Positions 1-10,436 of a DNA stretch of 64,000 bases are shown here, piece after piece. Below the pieces are notes generated by a model. That model ran no database searches. It was given only the letters and a program-made list of their open reading frames with translations, and was not told where the DNA came from. A program made the translations under genes and the position numbers. Positions within the stretch are counted from its first letter, which is position 1. Each line of letters starts with the position of its first letter. This stretch comes from Alphaproteobacteria bacterium (GTDB lineage Bacteria > Pseudomonadota > Alphaproteobacteria > UBA11222): contig SHWM01000002.1 in the NCBI GenBank assembly GCA_009693835.1, positions 420 through 64,419 on the forward strand, written 5' to 3'.

Positions 1-138
1 AGCAATATGGATTTTATGTCGGTGCGTCTAGGCATCTTTACCCCTCACGCTGCTTCTTTTCTGTGAGAGGAGAGGTAGAAGATTGACGATTTTATTGCTG
101 CATTTTAACCTCATGGCTGCATCAAGAGCGCGGATATT

Positions 139-350
139 CCCTCTCCCCCTGCGGGAGAGGGCCAGGGTGAGGGGGCGTAAGTGAGGGTTTACAGGCAGCA
201 TTTCGACATACGCTTCCCCTCCCCCTTGTGGGGAGGGGATAGGGGAGGGGGGAAAGAAAACAAAGTCAGTCACTACGCTATATTCCGAATAAGGATTTTA
301 TTGCCGTCTAGGCACCCCCGCACCCCGCTCCTCTCCCGCGGGGAGAGAGG
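139..350. repeat. Cluster of three REP-like GC palindromes (CCTCTCCCC-loop-GGGGAGAGG / CCCCTCCCCC-ttgt-GGGGAGGGG), each preceded by a GGATTTTAT...GTCTAGGCA motif
   Basis: Hairpins read directly at ~139-163, ~216-250 and ~328-350. The motif atgtcggtgcgYctaggcat repeats at ~18-38 and ~371-391, with a variant at ~300-316. ORFs 28..273 and 181..510 across this block look spurious. Confidence 0.6.
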
Positions 351-392
351 GGACAGTAACATAGGGTTGATGTCGGTGCGCTTAGGCATGGG

Positions 393-1118
393 TTACAAAT
401 TATCCAAAAATTTCTTCGCTACGAGCTTGAATGCTTCTTTGATGAATTCTTTTGCAGCATCTGCAAGCACACCTATAGCGCTGGGACCAAAACGCGTAGC
501 TATCTGTTGAATAGGTTCCCAGACGAATGCCCGGAACTGTATTCGATAAATAACTGTTTGATCCCTTAGCGCCTGAACACCAGCCTGAAGCGCCGAAACA
601 ATAAAGTTTCGTTCATCAGGTTCATTTGCGGCGTAGCCGTTGTCTTGTTTGATGGCCTGGATAAGTTCATCGATTTTTTCAATCGCCTGAGCTAATGCCA
701 GATTCTGCCTATCCAATGGCAGTGGTTCCCAAACATCTTCTAGTTCCGTGCTTGAACTTGAATCTGCTTCTTTGCCTTCAATCACACCAACAGTTTCAAA
801 ATTCTTACCGCCTACGAGGGCAAATTCATTTACCAATAAGGCATATGCACAACCAGCTTGGGTTATCTGGTACAAAACCGAGGGGTTATCGTCACGAGTC
901 CCCGAATAAATGGGTTCGGACTGTTCTAGTTTTCCGAGAGCAAATGCCATTTCGCGTATTGTTATTTGCTCAAATACGTCCACTGCAAAATCGCCCTCGT
1001 CGGTGTTCATATGATCCCTAATTTCCGCGAGAGCATAACCGCGTCTATCTATTTGCTGCAGTGTGAACATCTCAATTAGTATGTCTGCTTCCTTGGTTGA
1101 GAGATGCAAATTTTCCAT
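393..1118 (-). CDS. hypothetical protein (~241 aa) in a low-GC segment directly downstream of carA
   Basis: Track ORF 393..1727 is in frame only from MENLHLSTKE... (ATG at 1118). Upstream residues are an out-of-frame read through carA. The segment is visibly AT-richer than its flanks. I recognise no motif. Confidence 0.5.
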   Translation of the reverse strand: MENLHLSTKEADILIEMFTLQQIDRRGYALAEIRDHMNTDEGDFAVDVFEQITIREMAFALGKLEQSEPIYSGTRDDNPSVLYQITQAGCAYALLVNEFALVGGKNFETVGVIEGKEADSSSSTELEDVWEPLPLDRQNLALAQAIEKIDELIQAIKQDNGYAANEPDERNFIVSALQAGVQALRDQTVIYRIQFRAFVWEPIQQIATRFGPSAIGVLADAAKEFIKEAFKLVAKKFLDNL

Positions 1119-1120
1119 TG

Positions 1121-2305
1121 TCACTTCGCCCCCATCATCTTGGCAAACCGTTCGAACAGATAAGTGCTGTCCTGCGGGCCGGGGCTGGCTTCGGGATGAT
1201 ACTGCACCGAGAAGACGGGTTTGCCCTCCACCGCTAGGCCGCAATTGGTGCCGTCGAACAGCGATATATGGGTTTCGCGCACGCCCTTTGGCAATGTCTC
1301 GCGCAACACGGTAAAGCCGTGGTTCATGCTGGTGATTTCCACCTTGCCAGTGGTCAGGTCCTTGACCGGATGATTGGCCCCATGATGGCCCTGCGGCATT
1401 TTTCCCGTGCGCGCGCCCAGCGCCAGCGCCAGCATCTGGTGCCCGAGGCAGATGCCGAACACCGGCTTTCCGCTGTTGATCAGTTGACGGATGACTGGCA
1501 CGGCATAGACGCCGGTCGCCGCCGGATCGCCCGGCCCGTTGGAAAGAAAAACACCATCGGGCGCGTGGCCAAGAATTTCTTCCGCCGTGGCGGTGGCGGG
1601 CACGATCGTGACCTTGCAGCCGGCGCTGGCGAGGCAGCGCAAAATGTTGCGCTTGACGCCATAATCCACGGCGACCACGTGATGAACGGGTTTGGCCGGC
1701 CGGGCATAGCCCTGGCGCCAGTCCCACATGGTTTCATCCCACGCTTCCGTTTGAGTACGGGTGACCGTGATCGCCAGATCCATGCCGTTCAGGCCCGGCC
1801 AGGCCGCGGCTTTGGCGGCCAGCGCCGGATGGTCAAAATCACCCGAAACATCATGATGGATGACGCCATGCGGCATGCCTTTTTCGCGGATCCGGCGTGT
1901 CAGCGCGCGGGTGTCAATGCCGCAAATACCGATAATATTTTTTGATTTAAGCCACGCATCGAGATGTTCATGGGCGCGGTAATTGGAGGGGCCGGTAATA
2001 TCCGCGCGCAATATCACACCGCGCGCAGCCGGTTTGCCGGCTTCGAGGTCTTCTTCATTGCACCCGGCATTTCCGATATGCGGAAAGGTGAAGGTGATGA
2101 TCTGCCCGGCATAGGACGGGTCGGTGAGGATTTCCTCATAGCCTGTGATGGCGGTATTGAAACACACCTCGCCCACGGCTTCGCCCGCCGCGCCAATGCC
2201 GCGTCCCGAAAAGACGCTGCCGTCGGCCAGCACCAATACAGCCGAGCTTCTGGAATCTGAACCTGTGGACCAGGGTTCAGGCGCGTATGGCTGGGTCGAG
2301 GGCAT
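1121..2305 (-). CDS. carA: carbamoyl-phosphate synthase small subunit (glutamine amidotransferase)
   Basis: CarA N-domain plus class I GATase (GICLGHQ..., HPE). Start is the internal ATG at 2305 (MPSTQPY) with an AGGAG RBS; the first 52 track residues are upstream read-through. Confidence 0.9.
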   Translation of the reverse strand: MPSTQPYAPEPWSTGSDSRSSAVLVLADGSVFSGRGIGAAGEAVGEVCFNTAITGYEEILTDPSYAGQIITFTFPHIGNAGCNEEDLEAGKPAARGVILRADITGPSNYRAHEHLDAWLKSKNIIGICGIDTRALTRRIREKGMPHGVIHHDVSGDFDHPALAAKAAAWPGLNGMDLAITVTRTQTEAWDETMWDWRQGYARPAKPVHHVVAVDYGVKRNILRCLASAGCKVTIVPATATAEEILGHAPDGVFLSNGPGDPAATGVYAVPVIRQLINSGKPVFGICLGHQMLALALGARTGKMPQGHHGANHPVKDLTTGKVEITSMNHGFTVLRETLPKGVRETHISLFDGTNCGLAVEGKPVFSVQYHPEASPGPQDSTYLFERFAKMMGAK

Positions 2306-2516
2306 TCGGAGGCTCCTGCGCGAACCGGGGTTCTGCGCCTGGAATTGAATCTGTGTGAAAGTTGCGGGACCATAAGCAAAACCGCGCCGTTCGTCAATTT
2401 CCCCTGCGCCCGGATTTTCCGGAATTATCCATAAACCCGGAGTTCTTTCGATAATTTGCAATTAGGGCATGCTTTGACTAGAGTCCGACCGTCCCGGCCT
2501 TCTAAAGGATTACCAT

Positions 2517-2963
2517 ATGCGCGATAGATTGAGTGCTGCCCTCAAAGAAGCCCTCAAGGGCAAGGAAACTCTCAAAGTATCTACCCTAAGACTCATTCTG
2601 GCAGCCGCCAAGGACCGTGAAATTGCCCTGCGCGGGGAAGACAAGGCCCTGACCGGGGAAGATATTCTGCAACTGATGCAGAAGATGATCCGGCAGCGCC
2701 AGGAATCGGCAGCCATCTATGAGGCGGCTGGGCGGCTGGATTTATCCACTCAGGAACGCGAGGAAGTAAAAATAATCGAACAATTCTTGCCGGTTCAGAT
2801 GAATGACGATGAAATTCACTCCGCGTGCCAGAAAATAGTGTCCGGTCTTGAGGCGCCAGGCCTCAAGGATATGGGGCGCATCATGAATACCTTGAAAGAC
2901 CAGTATGCGGGTCAGATGGACTTCAAGAAAGCCAGTGCCGAAGTCAAGGCGTTGCTCCAGTAG
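2517..2963 (+). CDS. GatB/YqeY domain-containing protein
   Basis: 148 aa. It lies upstream of dnaG, as in many alphaproteobacteria (yqeY-dnaG-rpoD). Confidence 0.65.
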   Translation: MRDRLSAALKEALKGKETLKVSTLRLILAAAKDREIALRGEDKALTGEDILQLMQKMIRQRQESAAIYEAAGRLDLSTQEREEVKIIEQFLPVQMNDDEIHSACQKIVSGLEAPGLKDMGRIMNTLKDQYAGQMDFKKASAEVKALLQ

Positions 2964-3023
2964 TCAAGCCGGACCTGTCAGTTTTTTCTTCCAAACTTCA
3001 AAGCTAATGAGTGACCGCACCCT

Positions 3024-4973
3024 ATGCAGTTCGACAGGAATTTCGTTGATGAATTGAAGGCGCGGGTGAAGCTTTCCGACGTGGTCGGACGCAAACTAAG
3101 GCTGATCCGGCGCGGTCGGGAATTTGTGGGCTTGAGCCCGTTCAGCAATGAAAAATCTCCCTCCTTCACCATCAATGACGACAAGGGATTTTATCACTGT
3201 TTTTCCAGCGGCAAGCATGGCGACGCCATTACGTTCCTGATGGAAACCGAAAGCCTGAGTTTTCAGGAGGCGGTAGAGAAGCTGGCGGGCGATCTGGGCA
3301 TGGAAATACCCAGGGCCAGTTTTCAGAATAGCGAAGAGCAGCGCCAGCGCCAGGCCCGGCGGGTGACCCTGTATACGGTCATGCAGCAGGCGGCGGCATT
3401 TTTTGCGGCCCAGTTGGACGGTCCGTCCGGGGCCGGGGCACGGGCCTATCTGGACCGGCGGCAGACGCCACAAGATATCCGCAAGGCCATGGGCCTGGGA
3501 TATGCGCTGCCCCTGCGCACGGCGCTGTGTGATGCGCTGATCAAATCAGGCGTTACACCTGACCAGCTTGTAGAATCCGGTCTGGCGATCAAGCCGGATA
3601 CTGGCGGGCTGGTCTATGACCGTTTCCGTGACCGCATCATTTTTCCCATCACGGATAATAGCGACCGCGTAATCGCTTTTGGCGGGCGCGCCATGTCCGC
3701 CGACGCGCAGGCCAAATATCTGAACTCGCCAGAGACGCCGCTGTTTCATAAGGGCGATGTGCTCTACAATCTGGCCAGTGCCCGGCGCGCCCTTCAGGTG
3801 CCCGTCAAGGGCAATGGGCGCGACAGCTTGATTGTGGCCGAGGGCTATATGGATGTCATCGCACTGACCCGGGCGGGCATTCCAAACGCCGTGGCCCCGC
3901 TGGGCACCGCGCTGACCGAAGCCCAGATGGCGCTATTATGGCGGCTGACGCCTGAACCCATTTTGTGCTTTGATGGCGATGGCGCGGGAACGCGCGCCAT
4001 GTTGCGGGCGGTGGAGCGGGCGCTGCCGCTTCTGGCGCCGGGGCGTTCGCTGCGTTTTGTGCTGTTGCCGGATGGTCTTGACCCCGACGACATCATTAGC
4101 CGTCAGGGCGCGGCAGCAATGGAGGCCTTGCTTAAAACGCCGCTTCCGCTGGCGGATATTTTATGGTCCGCCGAGACCAGCCGAATGCCCCTGGACACGC
4201 CAGAGCGCCGGGCCGGGCTGGAACAACGGCTGAATGCGCTGGTGGCGACGATCGCCGACCCGGCTGTACGCAAATATTATCAGAATGATATGCGGCAGCG
4301 GATTGGTGCATTGTTTCGTGCGGCCTCTGGGCCATCCATCCCCCAGCAGCCCTATAACACCCCTCAAAGGCGGTATCCGGGCCGGGGCAGGCAATTCCCG
4401 CCCCCGGTAGGTGTTGGCCCCGCCAGCACGGAGCTTAAACGCACGCATTTGGTGAGTGGGGGAGCCAATGTTTATGCCGGCGCGCGCCGCGAGCGTCTGC
4501 TCTTATCGATCGTCCTGAACCATCCGGTCCTTTTGGACGGGCATATTGAGGTGTTCAGCGGGTTGACCCTCAGGGTTCCCAAGCTTGACAAACTGCGCTC
4601 AGAAATCATAGAGCTAACGGCCCTATTGTGCGACCTTGAAAAAGAGAGCCTTAGAAGCCATCTGATAGATCGGGGCCATGGGGAGTTGCTGGATGAGCTA
4701 GCCAGGGCGGGGGAGCAGTCCGGAGATCGGTTCAGCGGGGGGGGTGCGGACCATTCCAACGCAGAAGCCATCTGGATTGACACGGTTCGAAGGCATCGTG
4801 CCGAAACCGACGAAGCGCAGGAAATAGAAGAGGCGAAACAAACGCTTGCGGAGTCATTTTCTGACGAGAACGCGCGGAAATTAATCATTTTGAAGCAGCA
4901 ATCAGCCAAGGATGCGGAAGATGAGCAGATTGGCGGATTGGGCGGGGTGCCGGGGTGGAGTTTGAAACCGTAA
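3024..4973 (+). CDS. dnaG: DNA primase
   Basis: CHC2 zinc finger (CHCFSSGKHGDAITF), TOPRIM region (EGYMDVIAL) and a C-terminal helicase-binding region; 649 aa. Confidence 0.95.
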   Translation: MQFDRNFVDELKARVKLSDVVGRKLRLIRRGREFVGLSPFSNEKSPSFTINDDKGFYHCFSSGKHGDAITFLMETESLSFQEAVEKLAGDLGMEIPRASFQNSEEQRQRQARRVTLYTVMQQAAAFFAAQLDGPSGAGARAYLDRRQTPQDIRKAMGLGYALPLRTALCDALIKSGVTPDQLVESGLAIKPDTGGLVYDRFRDRIIFPITDNSDRVIAFGGRAMSADAQAKYLNSPETPLFHKGDVLYNLASARRALQVPVKGNGRDSLIVAEGYMDVIALTRAGIPNAVAPLGTALTEAQMALLWRLTPEPILCFDGDGAGTRAMLRAVERALPLLAPGRSLRFVLLPDGLDPDDIISRQGAAAMEALLKTPLPLADILWSAETSRMPLDTPERRAGLEQRLNALVATIADPAVRKYYQNDMRQRIGALFRAASGPSIPQQPYNTPQRRYPGRGRQFPPPVGVGPASTELKRTHLVSGGANVYAGARRERLLLSIVLNHPVLLDGHIEVFSGLTLRVPKLDKLRSEIIELTALLCDLEKESLRSHLIDRGHGELLDELARAGEQSGDRFSGGGADHSNAEAIWIDTVRRHRAETDEAQEIEEAKQTLAESFSDENARKLIILKQQSAKDAEDEQIGGLGGVPGWSLKP

Positions 4974-5117
4974 CAGAAGGCCCCAGAAACCGGGATCGCC
5001 CGATTTTTGGGAAATATTTTTATAAATATTAATAGCTTGTGGCGTGAACATCATCTTATTGGTTAACCATAGACCGGTTGCAATAATGTGGCGTTGCCCA
5101 TGCTCGGGAGATGATTG

Positions 5118-7118
5118 ATGGCGGCAAAGGCGGCGGAAGCTCCAGTAAAAACCGACGCAGCGGTAGAAGAAGTTCAGGATCCGCCTTTACTCGATCTATC
5201 GGATCAGGCGGTAAAACGGATGATTCGGAACGCCAAGAAACGCGGCTATGTGACCTATGAAGAGATCAATCAGGTGCTTCCTTCCGAGGAGGTTTCGCCT
5301 GAGCAGATTGAAGACACGATGACCATGCTTTCGGAAATGGGCATCAATGTTGTCGATGCGGATGAGGCGGAAGAAGCCGCCGAAAGCAAGGAAATAGCGC
5401 CGGTGAATGGCGTGCCCGTCGTGCGCACAGCCAGCGCCAGCGAGATGGAACGCACCGATGATCCCGTGCGCATGTATCTGCGCGAGATGGGCAGCGTGGA
5501 ACTGCTGTCGCGGGAAGGCGAAATTGCCATTGCCAAGCGCATTGAGGCCGGCCGCGAAACCATGATCAGCGGCCTGTGCGAGAGCCCCGTGACCTTTCAG
5601 GCCATCATTGTGTGGCGCGAGGAATTGAACGAAGAGCGGGTGCTGCTGCGCGACATTATTGATCTCGAGGCCAGTTTCGGTAAAGGCCCGGGACAGCCGA
5701 CGCCGATCTTCGCGCAGGTCGATCCCGCCCCCAGCATCCAGGCTGCACCCGTCCCCGCCCCGGCGGCCGAGATAGCCTATGACGAAGATGGCAATGAGGT
5801 GCTTGCGGAAATCCCTGTCGATGACGAGGAAGACGCCGACGCGGAGAACAACATGTCGCTCGCGGCCATGGAAGCCGCCATCCGGCCCCTGGTCATGGAT
5901 GCGTTCGACCAGATCGCCGCCAATTATAAAAAACTGCACAAGCTTGAAGAAGCGCGCATCGCCGGGGCCATGGCCAGCGAGCCGCTGACTGAGAGCCAGG
6001 AGCGTAAATATAACAAGCTGCGTGGCGAGATCGTGCAGCTGGTGGAAAAGCTGCATCTTAACAACAACCGCATCGAGGCGCTGGTCGAGCTGCTCTATTC
6101 GATCAATAAGCGGCTGATGGGGCTGGAAGGCCGGCTGCTGCGGCTGGCGGATTCGCATGGCGTCGACCGCAGTGAATTCCTGACCCAATATCTTACCAAT
6201 GAGCTGGACCCCAAATGGGTCCGCCGCGTGGGCCGTCTGACCGGGCGCGGCTGGAAAAATTTCGTGCAGGCCGGGCGGGCCAAAATCAAGGATATCCGCA
6301 ACGCCGTTGCCAATATCAGCCAGGAAACCGGGCTCAATACCGCCGAATTCCGCCGCATCGTGCAGACGGTTCAGAAAGGCGAAAAAGAGGCCCGCCAGGC
6401 CAAGAAGGAAATGGTCGAGGCCAATCTGCGCCTGGTGATTTCCATCGCCAAGAAATACACCAACCGCGGCCTGCAATTCCTCGATCTCATTCAGGAAGGC
6501 AATATCGGCCTGATGAAGGCGGTGGATAAGTTCGAATACCGGCGCGGCTATAAATTCTCCACCTACGCCACCTGGTGGATCCGTCAGGCCATCACCCGCT
6601 CGATCGCCGACCAGGCGCGCACCATCCGCATTCCGGTGCACATGATTGAAACCATCAACAAGCTGGTGCGCACGTCGCGCCAGATGCTGCATGAAATCGG
6701 GCGCGAGCCGACGCCGGAAGAACTCGCCGAAAAGCTGTCCATGCCGCTCGAAAAAGTGCGCAAGGTGCTGAAAATCGCCAAGGAGCCGGTCAGCCTTGAA
6801 ACCCCGATCGGCGATGAGGAAGACAGCCATCTGGGCGATTTCATCGAAGACAAGAACGCCCTGCTGCCGATCGACGCGGCGATCCAGTCGAACCTGCGCG
6901 AAACCACGACGCGGGTTCTGGCGTCGCTCACGCCCCGCGAGGAGCGCGTGCTGCGCATGCGTTTCGGCATCGGCATGAACACCGACCACACCCTCGAAGA
7001 AGTCGGCCAGCAGTTCTCGGTCACCCGCGAGCGCATCCGCCAGATCGAAGCAAAGGCCCTGCGCAAGCTCAAGCACCCCAGCCGGTCGCGCAAACTGCGG
7101 AGCTTTCTGGATAATTAA
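5118..7118 (+). CDS. rpoD: RNA polymerase sigma-70 factor RpoD
   Basis: Regions 1.1-4 are present ([46 protein letters not shown]), with an acidic non-conserved insert. The track start is TTG at 5115; ATG at 5118 with a GGGAG RBS is the likely start. Confidence 0.95.
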   Translation: MAAKAAEAPVKTDAAVEEVQDPPLLDLSDQAVKRMIRNAKKRGYVTYEEINQVLPSEEVSPEQIEDTMTMLSEMGINVVDADEAEEAAESKEIAPVNGVPVVRTASASEMERTDDPVRMYLREMGSVELLSREGEIAIAKRIEAGRETMISGLCESPVTFQAIIVWREELNEERVLLRDIIDLEASFGKGPGQPTPIFAQVDPAPSIQAAPVPAPAAEIAYDEDGNEVLAEIPVDDEEDADAENNMSLAAMEAAIRPLVMDAFDQIAANYKKLHKLEEARIAGAMASEPLTESQERKYNKLRGEIVQLVEKLHLNNNRIEALVELLYSINKRLMGLEGRLLRLADSHGVDRSEFLTQYLTNELDPKWVRRVGRLTGRGWKNFVQAGRAKIKDIRNAVANISQETGLNTAEFRRIVQTVQKGEKEARQAKKEMVEANLRLVISIAKKYTNRGLQFLDLIQEGNIGLMKAVDKFEYRRGYKFSTYATWWIRQAITRSIADQARTIRIPVHMIETINKLVRTSRQMLHEIGREPTPEELAEKLSMPLEKVRKVLKIAKEPVSLETPIGDEEDSHLGDFIEDKNALLPIDAAIQSNLRETTTRVLASLTPREERVLRMRFGIGMNTDHTLEEVGQQFSVTRERIRQIEAKALRKLKHPSRSRKLRSFLDN

Positions 7119-7133
7119 TTCAAGTGTTGGCTG

Positions 7134-7616
7134 ATGAATTTTGACCGCGCATTTGTTGAGTTACTGGGACATGAGGGCGGTTATGTCAACCATCCAAACG
7201 ATCCGGGTGGTGAAACAAATTGGGGGATCACAAAAGCCGTGGCCCGCGAAAATGGCTATGACGGTCCCATGAAAGATATGGATCAGTCCGTCGCCAAAAA
7301 TATTTATGCCCGCAAATACTGGCTGCCGGATTTTGACAATCTTCCTTATCCGGTGGCGTTTCAGTTGTTTGACGCTGCGGTTAACAGTGGCGTGGGGCAG
7401 GCCGTGCGCTGGCTTCAGCGTGCAGTCGGGACCGCCGATGATGGCAAATTGGGATCCATTACCTTGAAGGTCGCCACGAAAGCAGATCCAGCCAAACTCG
7501 TTCTATTATTCAATGCCGAACGCCTCCTCTTTATGACCAAACTTTCTAACTGGCCTAGCTTCGGCAAGGGCCGGGCGCGGCGCATCGCCGAAAATCTCCG
7601 GAAAGGCGCGGCCTGA
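7134..7616 (+). CDS. glycoside hydrolase family 108 / peptidoglycan-binding lysozyme-like protein
   Basis: N-terminal EGGYVNHPNDPGGETNWGIT motif of GH108 with a PG_binding_3-like C-terminus. GC is lower than in rpoD. Confidence 0.7.
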   Translation: MNFDRAFVELLGHEGGYVNHPNDPGGETNWGITKAVARENGYDGPMKDMDQSVAKNIYARKYWLPDFDNLPYPVAFQLFDAAVNSGVGQAVRWLQRAVGTADDGKLGSITLKVATKADPAKLVLLFNAERLLFMTKLSNWPSFGKGRARRIAENLRKGAA

Positions 7617-7680
7617 AATATCGCAATAAGATTTGCCAAACCCAACATCTCGCCGGGTAATTAAATTCTTTAATCTTCAT

Positions 7681-7717
7681 AAAAAAACGGCAGGCCGTAG
7701 CCTGCCGTTTTTGTTTG
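7681..7717. terminator. bidirectional rho-independent terminator
   Basis: aaaaaaa-cggcaggc-cgta-gcctgccg-tttttgtttg. It lies between the convergent GH108 gene (+) and the SDR genes (-). Confidence 0.75.
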
Positions 7718-7744
7718 CGCTGTCAGGGGTGATAATTCGCCCCC

Positions 7745-8605
7745 TCACATCCCCGGCAGGGTGCTGGGTTGTTTGACGTCCAGCAGCGCCTTGCATTTGG
7801 CGGCCCAGGCGAAGCCGGACATGATTGCTTTGGCGCGGCTTTCAAACACGTGGCCAACTTCCGGATTGGTGAAAATATAGGGCTGATTATCCTGTACCGC
7901 CTCCAGCACCTGCTTGCCCACGATATCAGGATCAAGCCCGTCAGAGAGCGCATTGACCATCAGATCATTGGGGTTGGCTTTTGCAGCACCGCCATAAGCG
8001 TCCTGGCGGTTGCGCGCCGAGGTGCCGAGATTGGTCGCCACCAGGCCGGGGCACAGCACCGATATGCCCAGATTTGTGCCCTTCTGTTCCACCATCATGG
8101 TTTCCATGATGCCGACCACGGCATATTTGGTGGCGTTGTAAGGGCCGGTGCCTGCAATGGTGATCATGCCCGCCATGGAAGAGGTGCTGACGATGTGGCC
8201 GCCTTCGCCATGCGCCTGAATCAGCGGCACGAAAGCCTGCAGCCCGTGCACCACGCCCCACAGATTGACATCGACGACCCATTGCCAGTTGCGCATTTTG
8301 GCGGTCTCGCTGCGGCCGCCACAGCCGACGCCTGCATTGTTGCAGAGCACATGCACCTTGCCGAAATGCCCGATGGTTTTTTTGGCGGCAGCGTGCATCG
8401 CCTCCAGATTAGTGACATCCACCTGCAGGCAGGCCGCGTCATAGCCCTTAGCTTTCAGTTCATCGACGGCGGCCTGCGCGGGGCCCGCTTCAATGTCGGC
8501 GATCATGATTTTCATGCCCGCCGCCGCGAAGGCGCGCGCCATGCCAAGACCCATGCCGCTGGCGCCGCCGGTAATGAAGGCGGTTTTGCCTTTCACGTCT
8601 TTCAT
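7745..8605 (-). CDS. SDR family NAD(P)-dependent oxidoreductase (paralog B)
   Basis: TGGASGMGLG Rossmann motif, NNAG, and YNATK catalytic Y/K. Start is the internal ATG at 8605 (MKDVKGKTAF), which mirrors the upstream paralog. Confidence 0.8.
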   Translation of the reverse strand: MKDVKGKTAFITGGASGMGLGMARAFAAAGMKIMIADIEAGPAQAAVDELKAKGYDAACLQVDVTNLEAMHAAAKKTIGHFGKVHVLCNNAGVGCGGRSETAKMRNWQWVVDVNLWGVVHGLQAFVPLIQAHGEGGHIVSTSSMAGMITIAGTGPYNATKYAVVGIMETMMVEQKGTNLGISVLCPGLVATNLGTSARNRQDAYGGAAKANPNDLMVNALSDGLDPDIVGKQVLEAVQDNQPYIFTNPEVGHVFESRAKAIMSGFAWAAKCKALLDVKQPSTLPGM

Positions 8606-8627
8606 GCTGTTTCCTTTTCCGTTTGAC

Positions 8628-9482
8628 TTAGCCGGACACGGCGCTCGATTGCACCGCGCCTTCCAGGGCCTTGGCCTTGTCGGCCCAGTCATAGCCCGCC
8701 ATCAGACGTTTGTTGCGCAGCTCCACCAGATTACGCAGCGCCGGATCGGTGAAGATATAAGGCTGATCGTCGAGGATCGCCTCCAGCACCAGTTTGCCCA
8801 CAATGTCGGGGTTAAGCCCGGCGGCGAGCGAGCCGATGGTCGCTCCTTTCTCCCCGGTCACCGCGCCGCCATACTGTTCGGGCCGGTTGCGCACGGAACT
8901 GCTGAGATTGGTGTTCACGACGCCGGGGCATAGAAGGGAGACGCCCAGACCCGATTTACGGTGCTCCGCCATCATGGTTTCGGTCATCCCGACCACCGCG
9001 AATTTCGAGGCGTTATAGGGACCGGTGCCACGCACGCCATAGATGCCCGCCATGGACGCGGTATTGACGACATGGCCGCCTTCGCCATGCGCCAGAATCA
9101 GCGGCACAAAGGCCTGCAATCCGTGCACCACGCCCCACAGATTGACATCCATCACCCAGTGCCAGTTGCGCATGCTGGCGGTCTCGCTCTTGCCGCCTAC
9201 CGCGATGCCGGCATTATTGCACAGCACATGCACCTTGCCGAAATGGCCGACGGTTTTTTTGGCGGCCGCCTGCATCGCCTCCAAATTGGTGACATCCACC
9301 TGCAGGCAGGCGGCGTCGTGGCCCCTGGCCTTTAATTCGTCCACCGCGCGTTGCGCCGGACCGGCTTCAATGTCGGCGATCATGATTTTCATGCCCGCAT
9401 CCGAGAAGGCCCGGGCCATGCCCAACCCCATGCCGCTGGCGCCGCCCGTGATGAATGCAACCTTGCCTTTGACGTCTTTCAT
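8628..9482 (-). CDS. SDR family NAD(P)-dependent oxidoreductase (paralog A)
   Basis: Tandem paralog of 7745..8605 with the same motifs (YNASK). It is 22 bp upstream of paralog B on the same strand. Confidence 0.8.
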   Translation of the reverse strand: MKDVKGKVAFITGGASGMGLGMARAFSDAGMKIMIADIEAGPAQRAVDELKARGHDAACLQVDVTNLEAMQAAAKKTVGHFGKVHVLCNNAGIAVGGKSETASMRNWHWVMDVNLWGVVHGLQAFVPLILAHGEGGHVVNTASMAGIYGVRGTGPYNASKFAVVGMTETMMAEHRKSGLGVSLLCPGVVNTNLSSSVRNRPEQYGGAVTGEKGATIGSLAAGLNPDIVGKLVLEAILDDQPYIFTDPALRNLVELRNKRLMAGYDWADKAKALEGAVQSSAVSG

Positions 9483-9839
9483 GCTGATTATGCCCGGCTC
9501 AAGGCCGGTCCTCCCTGTTGGCAGGATTTTCCCTGCATTTATTGTGGATGTTCAGCAGAGCGCAAAGCCGGGTGCAGGTCAAGCGGGCTTAACCGGATTC
9601 CGGCCTGCGGGCCATTTGGCGGCGGCACGTAGTCCCTTGACCCCCAGACCATGTTCGGATCAGATGGAATTGCCAGCGGCCATTCCATCTGATCCGTAAA
9701 ACACGGTCTATCTTGCATTTCAGAGCCATTTTTACCGTTTTGATTAAATCAGATGGTTCAATCAAAACGGAAATGGCTCCAGGGATGGCGCTGCGATATG
9801 TTAGGAGTTACGCGTACCGGAAAGGCTATAGGGTATCAC

Positions 9840-10436
9840 ATGCTTGTACTGATCGATAATTACGACAGTTTTACCTATAACCTTGTGCATTTTCTGGGAG
9901 AACTGGGGGCGGACGCCGATGTCATCCGCAATGACAAGGCCACGCCGGAAGAAATTATCGCCCGCCACCCATCCGGAATTGTCATCTCGCCCGGTCCGTG
10001 CGACCCGGATCAGGCCGGAATCTGTCTCGATCTGATAGCCAAGGTAAATGGCGCGATCCCGATATTGGGCGTGTGTTTGGGGCATCAATGCATTGGTCAG
10101 GCCTATGGCGGCAAAATCGTGCGCACCAATCCAGTCATGCACGGCAAACTCAGCACCATCACGCATGACAATACTGGTTTGTTCAAGGGCTTGCCGGATA
10201 ATTTTCAGGCAACACGTTACCATAGCCTGGTGATTGAACGTGCGAGCCTGCCCGAATGTCTGGAGATCACCGCGCAGACATCCGATGGCGTGATCATGGG
10301 GGTTGCCCACCGCAGCCATCCGGTGCATGGCGTGCAGTTTCACCCCGAAAGCATTGCCTCGCAGTTCGGGCATGAACTGCTGCGTAATTTCCTTTTGCTG
10401 ACCGGCGCGAATGTGCCGGAATGGCAGGCGGCATGA
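9840..10436 (+). CDS. trpG: anthranilate synthase component II / glutamine amidotransferase TrpG
   Basis: [15 protein letters not shown]..., GVCLGHQ, HPE. The track ORF begins 29 codons upstream at 9753 (MVQSKRKWLQGW...); the typical TrpG start corresponds to 9840. Confidence 0.85.
   Translation: MLVLIDNYDSFTYNLVHFLGELGADADVIRNDKATPEEIIARHPSGIVISPGPCDPDQAGICLDLIAKVNGAIPILGVCLGHQCIGQAYGGKIVRTNPVMHGKLSTITHDNTGLFKGLPDNFQATRYHSLVIERASLPECLEITAQTSDGVIMGVAHRSHPVHGVQFHPESIASQFGHELLRNFLLLTGANVPEWQAA

Noticed and set aside
28-510. ORFs 28..273(-) and 181..510(+) in the first 500 bp
   Set aside because: They lie entirely across the REP-like palindromes, with Pro/Gly/Arg-rich low-complexity translations, and are most likely non-coding.
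393-1727. 444-aa ORF on the minus strand spanning the carA 3' region
   Set aside because: The N-terminal ~200 residues are an Arg/Gly-rich out-of-frame read through the carA coding sequence. Only the part from MENLH (1118) downstream has protein-like composition.
5196-7076. 626-aa antisense ORF inside rpoD, plus similar long antisense ORFs inside uvrA, the BVMOs, coxL, the SDRs and the mrp genes
   Set aside because: These are typical high-GC antisense open frames with Arg/Gly/His-rich nonsense translations. The sense strand carries unmistakable conserved motifs.
9483-9840. Classical Trp attenuator (separate leader peptide with tandem Trp codons plus terminator)
   Set aside because: There is no separate short ORF with tandem TGG codons (the only small ORF is MFGSDGIASGHSI), and neither hairpin is followed by a U-tract. 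The structure is reported only as a possible non-canonical regulatory element.
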